A program made the translations under genes and the position numbers. A DNA stretch of 64,000 nucleotides from assembly GCA_037447605.1 (NCBI GenBank), contig CM074805.1, forward strand, positions 3,319,361 through 3,383,360, read 5' to 3'. A model generated the notes under the pieces. The model had not been told where the DNA came from. It made no database searches and saw nothing but the letters and a program-made list of their open reading frames with translations. Positions 1 through 16,300 of the stretch are shown here, one piece after another (position 1 is the stretch's first letter; each line of letters starts with the position of its first letter). The DNA is from Zygnema circumcarinatum SAG 698-1b (lineage: Eukaryota; Plantae; Zygnematophyceae).

Positions 1-589
1 TCCTCGCAGGAGCTCTCTTGATCAGCACGATGAGGGGTGTGTTTGGTCAAGGGCGAAGGCTGATTCTTTTCAAAGCGCTGAGAAAGATTAAGAGAGGAGT
101 GTGGGCTGGCAACTGCTTTTGACGCTTTCGTTGCAGCTTGTTTTTGGCTCGCTCATAATTCTGACATCTGGGAAACTGTGTGTATCAGGTGGTGCTGTTT
201 GCATTTCCGTGAGGCTGTTGCTTCATGCTGTGACCTCTACGTTGCAATATGGCGACTGTCGGTCGTTCCGTCTTGATATGGTGCGAATCGTAATTCCCCG
301 CAGCCACGGTGCTTCAGTTCAGTGTTTGTCTGGTTTTATCGCTGGTTGCCTTGCTCGTGTAGCACACTAACGAGAAGGTGGTCATCAGTTCTGTATGGTC
401 AGTTTTTTTAGCAGGTCGTTTCTTTCCTGTTATGGGCTACAACATAGTAATAAATGTTCCATTTTTAGCTGTAACAGCCGAAGCTAGTTCAGGAGCTGAT
501 ACCTTTGTATTTTCTTTTGTTAATCATCGCCTAATTGAAATCAATCAAGAAATGTGCAGTAGCTGATTATGAAGGTATTGTTCAGAACC

Positions 590-2614
590 ATGATGATAAG
601 ACTATTCTTTTTGCAAGCCGAGTCGCTTTTATCTCTGCATTTACGTTGTGTTAAACGTTAGTGCTGACTTCTTTGTCCCGGTGTGTGCAGTATTTTCGCC
701 ATTTACTGCTTCTGTGGCCTGCACTCTGCCACCGCGCAAGACGAAGAAACTAGCCAGTGCAATCTAGTTGATAGCATCGACCTCCTCACTGGTAACTTAG
801 TGAAGAATTTGCTCACATCCCACTTTTCGATGAATTTCCGGTTGGAATGTGTGGAAGTTTACAATGGTTACGAAAATTAACAAATAGCCTTGATTTTTGC
901 TGCAGGTTTACTTCGCTGCCAGGGGGCCAGTCCAAACCAATCAGACTGTTGTGCTGATGCTACGGCTGTTGAGAATGCCATTGCCCTAAAAAATCCTCAA
1001 GCTTATTTGGCTACGCTTACTGTTCAAACTCTCAACCAGGCCTGTCGAGAGGTATGCTCCTGCTTCCTGTCATATATCGTACCGAAGCTTACAGCGTGAT
1101 GAAGATTGCATGCTGACTTGGGCATCTTGGCTTTTTCTGGCATTTTGTATGTCCTTTTTTGGCTCATGTTGCTCGGCTTTTTCAAATTTTGCAGGATTAC
1201 AATCAAACCCTCAGAGGCAGTGGAGTGAAAGTGGATCTGTTCAAGTTTTGCCCAGATGCAAAGTTACTCCAATACCTCAGTGTGGCCAGCTTCGAAGCGT
1301 GCCCTGTTACGCAAATTCAAGACGTTATTCCATTGTAAGAATGATGTTCCCTAACAGTTCAGTTAACACGCACGCTGTGTAGTATCAGAGTGAAAATTAG
1401 CAGTACTTGTTTGATATGTAGACAATAGCATGCTTATTGTACTGAGCACCTGCTCTGTATAGTGGCTTCTGTTGAAACTATCTTTGTTATGAGAGAAGCG
1501 TTTTCCTGTTCATGTTTTAAGTCAAATTCCTCCTCTGGTCACTCCTCTATTCCTCCTCTGGTCTGCTGTATACTTTCGATCGCCTAGCTTCTTATGTTTC
1601 ACAGGCCGTCCCCTGATTCAAATGTCTGTTCTGTGAATGCAGGGTGAATTTAACAGCTGTAGCAGAAAATTGCAGCGTTTCGGATCAAGCTTGTACCACT
1701 TGCTTGCCCTCCGTCAACCAGGCATCAACCATACTTGCTCAAGGAGATACAACTCCAGAAGTTGTACAAGCGTGCCAATCCATTGCCATTTTCTTTCTAT
1801 ATCAGCAGCAGGTACTAGTATTTCCATTTTTTTCTATCGAGTATCTGTTTTGCTTCTATCTGTACCTTACCAGTAAAAGCGCTCAGAGAATTTGCTCTTT
1901 CTTTGTAACTAATATCTCTCAATTTTTTTTTTGCTTCTAATGCAACGCTTTTAATCCTTTTTTCTTGTGCAGTCATGAAAATGAACATTTTTTTTTTCCC
2001 AATCCAGTGAATTGTTGAACAGGGCTATCACTCGTCATATTCGTCTTGATTCGTGCTCATCTGTCTCTGTGCAGTCATCAATCGTTGCTGATTCTATTGC
2101 GAGGATCCAACGATCAAGTGTATGCACCGCGCCAGTTGTGATTTTGTCCCCCCCCCCTCCTTCTCCACCTCCACCCCCATCCCCCCCTCCATCCCCACCA
2201 CCACCACCGTCACCACCTCCAAGCCCCCCTCTCATTCCTAGTCCTCCACTACCAAAGGGTTTGAGGCATCCTCCACCACCCAAAAAACGCACTTCTCCTC
2301 CGCCAAAACTTCAATTGCCTCCTCCGAGTAGCCCCCCTCCTGTTGCGCCGTCAACAGCACCAGCCCCAATGCCTGCTATGGCGCCAGCTCCTAGCCCTAT
2401 CCCAGTTGTACCCGCTCCTGCGCCTGCAACCCTTCCTGTTGCGTCCCCTCCTCCTGCAGCGTCACCCCCGCCTCCCGACGGTGCAGGAGCTGGTACTCCG
2501 CCAACAACCTCTCCTCCGGCAGCGTCCCCCCCTCCAAGCGAAGGCAGCACGACTGTGCCAGGAATTGCCTTTCTTGGATTTGTTCTCCTTGTCAGCGCAG
2601 TTTTTGTACTCTGA
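590..2614 (+). CDS. Secreted SPARK-like Cys-rich protein with extensin/AGP-like Pro-rich stalk and probable GPI-anchor signal (6 exons)
   Basis: Exons 590-612, 691-791, 906-1051, 1195-1334, 1643-1811 and 2075-2614 join in frame; intron 1 is GC-AG. Product: hydrophobic signal peptide (MMIRLFFFIFAIYCFCGLHSATA), a ~12-Cys domain (C..C..CC..C..FC..CP..ENC..CTTCL..AC), an SPPPP/APAP-rich tract and a hydrophobic C-terminus (PGIAFLGFVLLVSAVFVL). Cys spacing resembles the SPARK ectodomain as I recall it. Confidence 0.75.
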
Positions 2615-3611
2615 TCATTGTAGGACCACCTCGAGGTACAGATGGAGTGCGATGAATGAATCGAGAATCCAAGTCGAATGTATGTGTTTTCCGAGTAATC
2701 AGTGATAGCAACTGATCTAACGCCAGCGCTCTGGCTGTGGTATTTCTGTCTAACGATCATGTCACTGTTTACAGTCCCTCGTGTCAGCAGGCTTCGTCTA
2801 GTTGGTAGTTTAATCCAGGTTTCCTCGGCAGCTTTGTGGAGGTGTAGGTAGGCTGTTTGTGGGTCGTTTTGGGATTCAAATTCTTTTTGGGGGGGCAACG
2901 GCCACACTTGGCCATTTCTGGTGAGATGGACCGTCGGCCAGCTTTTGTTGGGAACAATTGGTTTTGTTATCTGATGGAAGGAATAAAATTAACTGCTTGG
3001 GCTTTCATTTTGTGTGGATGAGATTTAAAATGGCATTTGGCATTTGCTAGAGTACGGTGAGCTGCAACTGATCTGTCCATGACTTTTTTGAGAGATTAGG
3101 TCCTTCCCTTTGGTCCTGGAAGTGCCCGTCTTCTGTTACCTTCTGTTTTGAACACTTGTACAGAATTGTGTCTCTTTCCTTTTGGTTTTCTTTCCAGTTT
3201 GTTTCTATGAGCTATTTCAGCATCTTCTATGGCTTGAAAGGATTGGCTATCAGATTTGGCAGGCCGACAGACGCGCCTGGATCGCAACTCTTTACGTTCG
3301 TCGTCACCACACATAGTTAAAAAAAATTGCTTTTCGAAGAAAGAACGGAAGGAAGGATCTTGCATCCAGGAAGACATTAGGTCAGGAAAATTGAACCGGC
3401 CGAGGACACAAACAACTGCCGTGCATCAACCACTTTGTGGCGTGGAAGTGTACAAGCAGCCAACCAAATCACAGGAACAGGAACAGCTGAATTGTTGAAT
3501 TCTGGAAGAGAACTATCAAATCAATTCAGCGTTTCCAAAAGAAGCAGGGGAGCGCTGGGAAAGCTCTGATGTGGTTAGGCAGCAGTCAGACGGCTGCACT
3601 GAGAGTCCAGT

Positions 3612-6102
3612 TCAACTCAGTCGCGGAGCATTGGGGGGATCTGGCAGGAGGCCGTTCTTCTTGGCCCCCTCAAGGAGGGCAATTGCACTCAGCACTTTGC
3701 AGTCCGCGGAGGTCCTCCACAAGTCCTCGTACGGCACCATATGCAGCTGAATAAGCTCTCCATGCTCTCGCAGGCCTCTCTGGGCTCCCCTCAATTCATC
3801 CACCAGCTGCATACCATCCCTGATAAAGGAAGTCACGCTACTTTTTCAATAGCCTCATCTAGCTGCCCAGAAGGGCAGAGCTTCCTCCCACAGACTTTCT
3901 CCTATGCCTTTTGAATTTATTTTGAGGGCGAGTCTTTTTTTGAAGCAAGATTAAAGTATGCCAAGAGAAAAGTGATTCTAAGGAAACATTTGCATGACAA
4001 AATGGAGACGATTGAACATGTCGCTGCTTGTTTTGGCTACATGACACCAAGAACCCAGCACTATTCTCACCTCTTGACGACAGGTCCCGCGGTAGAGGAA
4101 CAGCGTGATATCTTCATCACTACCACCCTGATAGCAGTACAGAACACTTAACCCTTCCTTTAAAGATGCTGAATAGGAAATAATCAAGCGTGACAGTTCT
4201 AGAGTGTGGATCGAAGCTACAAAAAATGGAGGTTGTGTGAGGAGCTCACTGGAGAAGGAAACATCTTCCCTCCCGTAGACTTGTCAAGAAATGCAGTCAA
4301 GTCGATGAGATCGGCAGCCTTGATTTTGATGCCTGTCTCCTCCTCCACCTAATTGACAGAAACTAGAAATAGTTTTTTCAAAGGATGGCTGGACCTTTAC
4401 TACGTTCCAGGATTCAGCCTCAGCTTCCCCACGTCCTTCTGAAAATATTCATGGAACGGGGGAGTATCCCACCATCAAGCAGAGAGAAAGAGTAGGGGGG
4501 TCATGGAGCAGACCTCTCTTGCAGCAGTTCCCACAAAGTCTCCAGCATCTTCATCCAGCATGCCAGCTGGCAGCTCCAGTATGGCTCGTCCTACAGGTAC
4601 TCGTGCCTGCTTCGTCTCACCATAAAAAGCCTCATTTGCAACGTGGCCATACGAACGGAGTTCACAAAAGACTCCTTTGCATGGGATGGGAAATACAGCT
4701 TGCACATACACTGCCCACCAATGCCTTTCATTCATATCTGAAAGCTTGCAAGTTTTTTGCTGATGTTGTCGCTGACCTGTTCGGTCAGCACTGCAAACGT
4801 ATCTCCCCCGCATGTGAGAAGCATAAGGATGCCTACTGCCCCTCCTCGAGCAAAGATGATTCCCGGCAGCTGTCCGCCGCGTCCGAAGTGGCAAGATCCA
4901 TAACGAGGCAGAGACGACAGGGTATAAGCTTCAACTTCATCTGCCATGTGGAAATATAGTTTCAATTTTGTCATTCTTTGATGGTTTAAGAACATTGTCT
5001 CAGTACCTTGTCTCTTTCCCTTATCGTCAACGTTATTCAGCCTACAGGATGACGACGAGGTTTCAGCTGGCTTAGTTCAGCAAGCCGGCCTCTACAGAGC
5101 AGATTACAGCTCTTGCATTATTTGTGGCCTCTCCCACGTGTCCCTTTGTTCAGCAAGTTTTTAGAATACAAACGTGCCAATTCTAAGGGCTCACTTTGGC
5201 TCCAGTCATGTCATCTCTCACGTCGGCTTTGAATTTGACAAAGCCAACGCGCGTCCCGAACATGTCAACACTCTGTCACCCCTTTCCCTCCACCCAAAAC
5301 GAAGGAGAATTTTTCAGCTTTTTCTTCGAGCCCTTCGTCATTTTCAGCATAGGCTTCACCTCATTCCTCGCCTTACCTTCCACATTATACGCTGAATGAG
5401 TGGACATGCCTCCCACTTATCCTACAAGCACGACAGCAGCTTATCCTGCAAGCAGGTGAATGAGGTGAATGCTTGGCTTTTTACAGGTTTCAATGTTTCA
5501 GTAGGTCAAATCACTCGGCAACTTTGGTATCATAAGAGTACTTTTCAGCTTATCCATTCCCAAATGTTCAGACATGCGCGACTTACCCACATTTTCCATT
5601 GCACCGGAAAAAAGAAGTTAGTATTCCGGAGTTGAGAATGCAAACATCTTGAGCCCACACCTGTATAATAATGCTGTGGAGGGAGCAGCGAGCCCCACCA
5701 GATCCTCCCAAAGTGAGGATACCCTGCGGCCCCTCCATGTGTGCTGCCCACTGTTTGAAAGGCGTTGACTCCACAGCCCTCCTATGTCCCCCATCCCCCG
5801 TCCCCCGTCCCCTCACAGCGCTTCCTTACAACCTTCAGAAATCAGAGCAGGCGGACATTAAGCCAGCACGCCTGAATGTTCAAACAGTTGCCGGTTAGCT
5901 TTGAAAAACCCGGTTTCACAGTTCTCGTTCCAGGACATCAAAGGCAATCTTGTTCCCTTTTTCTATGCCACTTGTCGCAGCAGTGGCGGACACACCTGAC
6001 ATCCTCATCAGATACGCCAGGCTCTCCCAGCACTGGCACGGATCTCTTGCAGATTTCAACAACCACAGAAGAGCTTGCCGCTGCTGCTGCGCTGGAAGCC
6101 AT
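3612..6102 (-). CDS. NUDX14: Nudix hydrolase 14-type ADP-sugar pyrophosphatase (8 exons); an in-frame upstream ATG at 6330 would add a transit-peptide-like leader
   Basis: Spliced peptide contains VDMFGTRVGFVKFKAD, LPGIIFARGGAVGILMLL, ARVPVGRAILELPAGMLD, the Nudix box GTAAREV|EEETG, FPSP|GGSDEDITLFLY and GELIQLHMVPY, with canonical GT-AG junctions in phase. Confidence 0.9.
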
Positions 6103-6876
6103 GGTGAAACGATGAAAGGGAGTCGTCCCGGGGAGTGACGGAGAGGGGATGCGATGCCAGGCACTTCTGCTGCGCTGGTTTTGCCCTACCGCGCGGAGTG
6201 GGGAAGGGGGAGGGGAAGGGCCGAGCGGCGGGGAGGGGAGAGGAGAGGGGGACAGGCGCGCTGCCACGTGGCGCACTCTCAGCGCCCGCGTTGCGCCCAG
6301 AGAGCCAGCGAGGCGCCACGTGGCAGGCATGGAGCGCGCTTCACGCCACGTGTCGCTCAGTCCTGTGCTCGCCGAAAGGGAAACGTCTTGCCTTTGGCTG
6401 TGGCTCGTGCGACGGATGACGTGGCAGGCGTCGATTGGGCAGAGAACAAGTTCTGAGAAGAGAGGTGTTTGGGTGAGAGCTCAGCTCACATGCTTTTTAT
6501 CATCGATTTTCCAAAAAAAAAAAAAAAATCTACACGAGGTGAACACGTCCTGCTGTACAGCGCAGGAACGAGACGAATGTCCCATCTTGAAATTATCTTA
6601 TCATCTTATCGCCACAAAACACTGGGGGCACTCGCGCCATCTTCAGACCATCAACAGGAATCTCTCTAAGGTTGCGTTGAATTCTCATCGGTTGGCGACA
6701 ACGCATGCTCGCGATCTTTTTTCCTTTGTTAAGGAAAAAGCAGCTGTTTTTCCCTTTCCTTTCATACCAGCTAACAAGCTATAAGTAAAGTAACACAAGA
6801 GCCTTTCGCCTTCTGTCACCTTCACGCTTCTGACGATTGATCTACCCAACACCTCACTGCCTGCTATGGTTCGACT

Positions 6877-11530
<4,654 letters not shown>

Positions 11531-12395
11531 TCAGTAAAGCCGAATAAATGCCGTTAATGAACAAGAACACTCTCTTCCCTTTCAGTGGGAGACAAAACCG
11601 CAGTCGGTGGAGCACAAGCACTGCATTGCTACGAGATTAAGGCCAACAACGTGGAGCTGTACCTCGCCGGCGGCTATCTCAACGAGCAGCAGCAGAGGGC
11701 GCGTCAGCTGCTTGCAGAAGGCCTTCCAAGAACAAACCTGATCTGCTCCTTCCCTTTTCCTCTCCAAGGTTTGTTCGGTGCAGGAGAGGGCCTCCCCCCC
11801 TTTCCAAGAACGCGGGGCTGAACCCTCGCCCCGCCGGCGGGCTGGCGGCCAATCAGGTACCAGGAACTACCAACGGATGTGGGTTTGCAGGCATACATGG
11901 AACGCGACTGAGCGGGATGTACGCGTCACGTGGCGCAAGCGCAGTGGCTGGAGATAAAAATCGAAGGCGACGACAGCGATGACTTGGCGCTGAGCGGCGC
12001 GCCACGTGGAGGCCGGCGCTGCGACCTCAGATTGACGGCGGCCGACATCGGTCTCGTGCGGTCAAGATGCCAGCGCTCGGCAGCGCTCCCCGCGAAGCGC
12101 GGCGGATCTTGAAGTGGGCGACCGCCAATGGGAGAGCCTGTTTGGGTGGTACTCGCGTGCTCGAGGTGACACGTGGCGCAGCTCGCGTCCCTTCCCTTGG
12201 CTCGCCCGCCATCCATTCATCCATCCTGGGGCCTTCCAGACCGACCGACCGACCGAGCGACCGACCGACCTCGCGCCGCAAACTGCAAACTTGGTTCGCG
12301 GGGCGAAAAGTGAACCGCGGCGTGCCACGGCGCTCCAAGAAATTCGGGGATCGACCTACATTCTTGCACTCTACGGTACCGTAGACCATAGACAA

Positions 12396-12480
12396 GGGAG
12401 GGGGAGGGGGAGGGGGGAGGGGGAGGGGGAGGGGGAGGGGGAGGGGGAGGGGGGAGGGGGAGGGGGAGGGGGAGGGGGGG
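12396..12480 (+). repeat. (GGGGGA)n polypurine tract, G-quadruplex-prone
   Basis: About 14 near-perfect hexamer units in the enolase/subtilase divergent intergenic region. Confidence 0.9.
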
Positions 12481-12755
12481 CAGAGTTTGACTTTCGGCTG
12501 GAAACTGAGCGTGACAGGTTCGAATTGAGACTGTGGTTCGGCGGAGGCTCGCCGCCGTTGGATGGAGAGTACATTTTGACATCGCAAGCTCGGAGTCGAA
12601 GCCACAGGTTCCGTGGAAGTCGAAGTTTGCCTGTCCCTGTACCGCAGACGGGACGTTTTCAAGTCCGATGATGAGGTCATGAGACCCTCTACTACCGTAC
12701 AGTACACGGCAGCATCGGGCCGAGGTCCTTTGACATCGATCTCACGATGGCAGAT

Positions 12756-12790
12756 ACATGCACATGCACATGCACATGCACATGCACATG
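12756..12790 (+). repeat. (ACATGC)n hexamer microsatellite
   Basis: About 6 perfect units; each overlaps an RY-like CATGCA. Confidence 0.9.
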
Positions 12791-13155
12791 GGGAGGGAAC
12801 CACAAGAGCCGGCCACACGACTGCGGCGGAAGCCAGAGCCACGAGGCCGAACACTGCTTGTGCACCAGAGGGGCTCCGGAGCCCAGCCAGCCAGCCAGCC
12901 AGCCAGCCAGGTCCAGCCACGTCAAGCGGCGGCCTCCTGCCGGCCCGCCCGGCCAGGCTCCGCGACAAGCGCGCGACCCTACGGCCCCGTCCGTACACGG
13001 GCCGAATCTCGCGCGCCTCTCGCGAGGCGGCCGCCGCATCCCCCGTTTGGACTGTAGCGGGTGCACCGGCCAATGGCAGCCGAGCGTGAGCGTCAGCGCT
13101 GGGCGGGCGCTGTCGGTGCCGCCCGGCCGCCCGGCCGCGTCCCGCCGCCGGGCCG

Positions 13156-13187
<32 letters not shown>

Positions 13188-13313
13188 CCAGTGCGGGGCC
13201 GGGGCCGCCCAGCCCTGGCCCTGCGCTCGGCGGAAAGAGCCCAACCAGCAAGCAGCAAGCAGGGAGCAGCAAGCAGGGAGCAGAAAGCAGGGAGCAGGGA
13301 GCGCAGCGCCGCC

Positions 13314-16300
13314 ATGGCTGCCTCCCTGCCTGCCGCCACGCTGCTTCTGCTGCTGCTTGTTGCCGCCGCCGCTGCCAACAAGAGTGACAGAGTGAGCTCC
13401 GCTTCCTTCCCGCTGCTGCACTTGGCGCGCCTGTGCCTGGACAGGACGCAGGCTGAGGGGGGAGGGGGGAGGCGCAGGTGTACGTGGCGACGCTGGAGGG
13501 GCCGCCGCTCCCTGCAGCCGCGCTCCTGAACCCGCTCCTGCACTCCTCGCCGCGCAGACGCGAACAGTTCCGCATGGAGCGCGCCACTCGCCATGCCCTC
13601 TATCTCCGCCGACTGGGCGCCACGTGATCTTCTCTCCCTCTCTCTCCCTACTCTCTCTTTCCATTTCCCTCTCCGTGCCCCTCTCCCGCTCCCCATATCT
13701 CATCGCGGGAGGGAGCGGGACGGAGCAGGTCGCGCCAGCTGTACAGCTACCACCAGGCCATGGACGGCTTTGCAGCGCGCCTCTCCGTGGAGCAGGCCGA
13801 CACTCTGAGAGGTGCCACTCCTTAAGAACGGCAGCCATGGCGGTAGCAGAGCTCGTGCTAGAACATTCTCGCCCTCATTTTCTGTTTTCGTCATCTATGC
13901 GAATATGCGAGCCATTGTTTAAGGCGCTTTTCTGCCATGACGCGGTGCAGGAATGAAGGGAGTGGTGTCGGTGAGGCTGGATCGAAGGCAAAAGGTCACT
14001 ACCACATATACGCCCTCGCTTTTAGGGTTAGATATAAAGGCGACGGAAGTTCCGCCGGGGCTGTACACCTTGACAAACGGTTCGGGCCTTGTGATTGGAA
14101 TCGTCGACTCCGGTACGCGTATGTTTTCTATTTTTTGTTTTTTATATATATTTATTTTTTTTAATTACTATTTCTATACACCATAGGGCATGCGAAGTAA
14201 GATTTGGAGAGGCAACTCATTGCTGTTTGCAAGTTCGGCTGGTGTGAAGGTGTGTGGCCCGAGGCCATGAGCTTTAGAGACGAGGGGCACCCCCCTCCTC
14301 CTGCGAAGTTTAAGGGAGTTTGTCAAGAAGGGGAGGGCTGGAAAGCGACTCTCTGCAACAGGTGAATCTTGGCTGCCTGCTCTCATTTTGAACATTTCAT
14401 GTTGTGGTTGCGATGCTTGTTGAGCATTGGCAGTTGGCAGACTAAAAAGAGTAATGCAAAGTGTGAGGCGTGCAAAAGACTAGGCCCTGCAAAGTTCAAT
14501 GACTTCCATCCTCGCAACATGTTGCTGTTTTTTTTATTTTTTTATTTTATTTTGATGCACCATCACGACCGTTCATCCGGATGCTCCTCCTTGTGACGAG
14601 CAGAGCTTGAAGCAGCCAAACGGAACTCTAGACGCACAGCGAGTTTTCATAGAACGGGGTTTGTCTGTGCAGAAAGATCATTGGCGCGCGGTACTTTGTG
14701 GCGGGCTTTGAAGAAGGGGAAGGGGACCTGCAGTGGAGCGCTCCGGAAGAGACTCGCTCAGCTCGCGATGCGCTCGGCCATGGCACCCACACCGCCTCTA
14801 CCGCCGCGGGGGCTCCCGTTCCAAATGTGACTCTCGGAAGTGTGAACTTTGGAACGGCGCAAGGAATGGCCTATGGAGCACACATATCCGTCTACAAGGT
14901 AGAAGGAAGTACTCTTGAACAACTTCCAACGAGGGGCTGATCTGAATCGTTGTCCATAGACTTGTTCGGTTTTGTTGTGAAATCACTTACGATTGCGAAG
15001 GAACTTCGTTTGGAAGTGTTCAGCTGCATGTGCTGTATGGGAACCACTTCCAATAGCCTCCGCCTCTCCCTCTCCCTCTCCCTTTCTCTCCCACTCTTCT
15101 CCTGCCCCTCACCCTCTCCATCTCCTCCGACCCCACTCTATCTCTCCTCTCCACTGGCCCTCCCCCTCTCCCTCTCCCTCTCCCTCCCCTAACTCTCTGT
15201 CCCTCCCCCTTCCCCCCTCCCTTCCCCTCTCCATGTCCCTTACTCCCCCTCCCCCTCCCCCTTCCCCTTCCCCCCCTCCCCCCCCACATGGTGCCCGCAG
15301 GTTTGCTGGAGCAGGAACGGCTACTGCTACGAGTCGGACATCCTGGCCGGCATCGACGCTGCGATTTCCGACGGCGTGGACGTTCTGTCCATGTCCTTCG
15401 GCAGCGAGGCCCCGCCCGGCCCCCTGGACGGGTCGGGCGGGCAGGGCGCGCTCATGGCCGCGCTCGCCGGCATCCCCTCCGCCAAGTCGGCCGGCAACGG
15501 CGGGCCCGCGCTGGGGAGCGTGACGGAGGTCTCGCCGTGGTACCTCTCCGTGGGCGCGACCGCGGTCCCGCGGAGCCTCGTCAGCAACAGCGAGGACACG
15601 TACACGGCGGCGGACCGCGGCGCGGCCGGAAAGAGAGTCTACCTCGGGGAGGAATCGGGGGCGCAGTACTACGTGAGAATGACTGACTGACTGACTGAGG
15701 GACTGACTGACTGACTGACTGACTGATTGACGGACGGACGGACCGACTGACTGGCTGACTGGTTGGCTGACTGACTGATTGACTAACTGACTGACGGACG
15801 GACGGACGGACGGACGGACGGACTGACTGACTGCTGCGAGTCGGGTGTGTTTTAAGTTGGCTTCGGGGCGTGTCCTGCACATGTGGTTTTTTTTTTTTTT
15901 TTTTTTTTGTAAGATGGCGACTTTGGGGAGAAGCGACAACGCAAGTGTAGGAGAAAGTTTGGGAGGAATGGTGCATGCGCATTAAGGCTCATGTTCAACA
16001 TGCATGTAGTTAGGAGCGGTAAGGAGGGAAATATTGTGGAAGGCCATTACCATGTAAGGATTGCCCTGATAATGCATCGACCCGTGGTAAGGAGTAATGG
16101 CGTAAATCTCCCAGCAATGCACAGGTGCCAATTTGAGTCAGTTGTGTGACTGCCCAGGTCGCCCGTGTTCAATTCTACGACTAAAACGCATCGCAGTTCT
16201 TTATCAGAAAATCGTATTTTATCCTCTGTTGCGCAACCGAAAGGCTACTTCCATTTCCACCTATCATGCATTTTACTCTTTTACAAAGCATCCAAAAGAC

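Noticed and set aside
11585-11821. Coding-looking plus-strand ORF (YEIKANNVELYLAGGYLNEQQQ) and a possible 14-aa uORF (11626-11582) in the enolase leader
   Set aside because: No recognisable family or linked exons. It lies antisense to the presumed enolase 5' UTR, and the TSS and UTR splicing are unknown, so neither can be supported.
12027-13838. 603-aa and 334-aa minus-strand ORFs and overlapping long ORFs
   Set aside because: Stop-poor GC-rich promoter and microsatellite DNA plus antisense of subtilase exons; no domain motifs.
15109-15982. SQSV/PSVR repeat ORFs resembling repetitive proteins
   Set aside because: Translations of the intronic (GACT)/(GACG) microsatellite.
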